NCBI GenBank assembly: GCA_964016885.1
Contig: OZ024743.1
Coordinates: forward strand, 246,388,001-246,452,000
Reading direction: 5' to 3'
Origin: Eledone cirrhosa
Lineage: Eukaryota
DNA: 64,000 nucleotides
A program made the translations under genes and the position numbers. The notes beneath the pieces were generated by a model. It saw only the letters and a program-made list of their open reading frames with translations. It ran no database searches and was not told the DNA's origin. Each line of letters begins with the position of its first letter. The first letter of the stretch is position 1. This document shows positions 60,801 to 64,000 of this stretch, in pieces.

Positions 60801-63800
60801 CTGTGATGTAGTGAGGTTACAGTTGTGGTTGTTGTTACTTTGACGTAGTGAGGTTATTGTTGTTCTTGTTACTGTGGTGTAGTGATGTTACTGTTGTAGT
60901 TGTTGTTGTTACTGTGGTGTAGTTAGGTTACTATTGTAGTTATTGTTGTTGTTACTGTAGTGTAGTGAGGTTACTTTTGTTGCTGTTGTTGTTCTTTCTG
61001 AGGTGTAGTGAGGTTACTGTTGTTGTTGTTACTGTGATGTAGTGAGGTTACTGTTGTTGTTGTTGTTGTTACTGTGGTGTAGTGAGGTTACTGTTGTTAT
61101 TGTTGTTACTGTGGTGTAGTGAGGTTACTGTTGTTGTTGTTACTGTGATGTAGTGAGGTTACTATTGTTTTTGTTGTTGTTACTGTGGTGTAGTGAGGTT
61201 ACTGTTGTTATTGTTGTTGTGACTGTGATGTAGTGAGGTTACTGTTGTTATTGTTGTTGTTACTGTAGTGTAGTGAGGTTACTGTTGTTGTTGTTGTTGT
61301 TACTGTTGTGTAGTGAGGTTACTGTTGTTGTTGTTGTGCTTGTTACTGTGGTGTAGTGAGGTTACTGTTGTTGTTATTGTTGTTGTTACTGTGATGTAGT
61401 GAGGTTACTGTTGCTGTTGTTGTTACTGTGATGTAGTGAGGTTACTGTTGTTGTTGTTGTTACCTTGGTGTAGTGAAGTTATTGTTGTTGTTGTTATTGT
61501 AGTGTAGTGAGGTTACTGTTGTTGTTGTTGTTACTGTGTTTTTGTTGTTACTGTGATGTAGTGAGGTTACAGTTGTGGTTGTTGTTACTTTGACGTAGTG
61601 AGGTTATTGTTGTTCTTGTTACTGTGGTGTAGTGAGGTTACTGTTGTAGTTGTTGTTGTTACTGTGGTGTAGTTAGGTTACTATTGTAGTTATTGTTGTT
61701 ACTGTAGTGTAGTAAGGTTACTTTTGTTGCTGTTGTTGTTGTTTCTGAGGTGTAGTGAGGTTACTGTTGTTGTTGTTGTTTCTGTGATGTAGTGAGGTTA
61801 CTGTTGTTGTTGTTACTGCGGTGTAGTGAGGTTACTGTTGTTGTTGTTGTTACTGTGGTGTAGTGAGGTTACTGTTGTTGTTGTTACTGTGATGTAGTGA
61901 GGTTACTATTGTTTTTGTTGTTGTTACTGTGGTGAAGTGAGGTTACTGTTGTTATTGTTGTTGTGACTGTGATGTAGTGAGGTTACTGTTGTTGTTATTG
62001 TTGTTGTTACTGTAGTGTAGTGAGGTTACTGTTGTTGTTGTTGTTACTGTTGTGTAGTGAGGTTACTGTTGTTGTTGTTGTTTCTGTGATGTAGTGAGTT
62101 TACTGTTGTTGTTGTTGTTGTTACTGTGGTTTAGTCAGGTTACTGTTGTTGTGGTTGTTGTTACTGTGATGTAGTGAGGTTACTGTTGTTGTTGTTGTTA
62201 CTGTGGTGTATTGAGGTTACTGTTGTTGTTGTTGTTACTGTGATGTAGAGAGGTTACTGTTGTTGTTGTTGTTTTTACTGTGACGTAGTGAGTTTACTGT
62301 TGTTGTTGTTGTTGTTGTTACTGTGGTGTAGTGAGTTTACTGTTGCTGTTGTTGTTGTTACTGTGATGTAGTGAGGCTACTGTTATGTTGTTGTTGTTGT
62401 TACTGTGGTGTAGTGAGTTTACTGTTGCTGTTGTTGTTGTTACTTTGGTGTAGTGAGTTTACTGTTGCTGTTGTTGTTGTTAGTGTAGTGTAGTGAGGTT
62501 ACTGTTCTTGTTCTTGTTGTTGTTGTTACTGTGATGTAGTGAGGTTACAGTTGTTCTTATTGTTGTTACTGTGGTGTAGCGAGGTTACTGTTGTTGTTTT
62601 TGTTGTTACTGTGGTGTAGTGAGGTTACTGTTGTTTGTGTTGTTACTGTGGTGTAGCGAGGTTACTGTTGTTGTTTTTGTTGTTACTGTGGTATAGTGAG
62701 GTTACTATTGTTTGTGTTGTTACTGTGATGTATTGAGGTTACTGTTGTTGTTTTTGTTGTTACTGTGGTGTTGTGAGGTTACTGTTGTTTGTGTTGTTTC
62801 TGTGATGTAGTGAGGTTACAGTTGTTGTTGTTGTTGTTATGTAGTGAGTTTACTGTTGTTGTTGTTGTTGTTACTATGATGTAGTGAGGTACTGTTGTTG
62901 TTGCTGTTGTTACTATGATGTAGTGAGGTTACTGTTGTTGTTGTTGTTACTGTGGTGTTGTGAGTTTACTGTTGTTGTTGTTATTACTGTGATGTAATGA
63001 GGCTTCTGTTGTTGTTGTTGTTGTTATTGTGATGTAGTGAGTTTACTGTTGTTGTTGTTCTTGTTGTTGTTGTTAAAGTGGTGTAGTGAGGTTACTGTTG
63101 TTGTTGTTTTTACTGTGATGTAGTGAGTTTACTGTTGTTGTTGTTGTAAGTGTGGTTTAGTGAGGTTACTGTTGTTGTTGTTGTTACTCTGGTGTAGTGA
63201 GGTTACTGTTGTTGTTGTTGTTGTTCTTGTTGTTGTTACTCTGGTGTAGTGAGGTTACTGTTGTTGTTGTTGTTACAGTGGTTTAGTGAGGTTACTGTTG
63301 TTGTTGTTGTTACTGTGGTGTAGTGAGGTTACTTTTGTTGTTGTTGTTCTTGTTCTTGTTGTGACTGTGATGGAGTGGGGTTACTGTTGTTGTTGTTGTT
63401 GTTGTTACTGTGGTGTTGTGAGTTTACTGTTTTTGTTGTTGTTGTTACTGTGGTGTAGTGAGGTTACTGTTGTTGTTGTTGTTGTTGTTGTTGTTATTGT
63501 GGTTTAGTGAGGTTACTGTTGTTGTTGTTGTTACTGTGGTGTAGTGAGGTTACTTTTGTTGCTGTTGTTGTTGTTTCTGAGGTGTAGTGAGGTTACTGTT
63601 GTTGTTGTTGTTGTTGTTGTTGTTACTGTAGTGTAGTAAGGGTACTTTTGTTGCTGTTGTTGTTGTTTCTGAGGTGTAGTGAGGTTACTGTTGTTGTTGT
63701 TGTTACTGTGTTGTAGTGAGGTTACTGTTGTTGTTGTTGTTACTGCGGTGTAGTGAGGTTACTGTTGTTGTTGTTGTTACTGTGGTGTAGTGAGGTTACT

Positions 63801-64000
63801 GTTGTTGTTGTTACTGTGATGCAGTGAGGTTACTATTGTTTTTGTTGTTGTTACTGTGGTGTAGTGAGGTTACTGTTGTTATTGTTGTTGTGACTGTGAT
63901 GTAGTGAGGTTACTGTTGTTGTTATTGTTGTTGTTACTGTAGTGTAGTGAGGTTACTGTTGTTGTTGTTGTTGTTACTGTTGTGTAGTGAGGTTACTGTT
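44390..64000. repeat. large satellite array: GTTACTGTG(G/A)TGTAGTGAG-GTTACT-(GTT)n, running off the right edge
   Basis: Hundreds of units with a fixed 25-bp core and variable GTT number, strong G/T strand skew and kb-scale block duplications. Confidence 0.98.

Noticed and set aside
44855-63507. Leu/Val/Cys-rich ORFs, or a repetitive protein gene, in the satellite
   Set aside because: The unit length of 25+3n shifts frame at every unit and brings frequent stops on both strands. These ORFs are translation artefacts.
44390-64000. CRISPR-like array (constant repeat plus variable spacer)
   Set aside because: The spacers are only (GTT)n of varying length rather than unique sequence, there are no cas genes, and the context is eukaryotic.

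Overview
This is a repeat-dominated eukaryotic window, not a prokaryotic one. The SINE/LINE families look molluscan, probably cephalopod (octopus-like), but that is an inference. No host protein-coding gene can be firmly supported. Positions 1-44.4 kb are a mosaic of transposable elements. They include two Tx1/L1-clade LINEs (one almost intact), one near-full-length RTE LINE plus many RTE fragments with a PHD-type finger, and a Penelope-like retroelement with a hammerhead ribozyme core. There is also a Sola2-like DNA transposon whose long left TIR is split by a non-autonomous Helitron carrying SINEs and the RTE, along with two tRNA-derived SINE families, MITEs and minisatellites. Two clean tRNA genes are present (Gly-TCC, Phe-GAA). 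From about 44.4 kb to the end is a G/T-skewed satellite of at least 19.6 kb with a fixed 25-bp core, variable (GTT)n and kb-scale higher-order duplications. The best leads are (i) a structured RNA with compensatory changes between two diverged copies, a candidate ribozyme, (ii) reciprocal nesting and shared 3' ends between Tx1 and an (ATT)n-tailed SINE, and (iii) the hammerhead motifs. All calls were read by eye, with no database searches.
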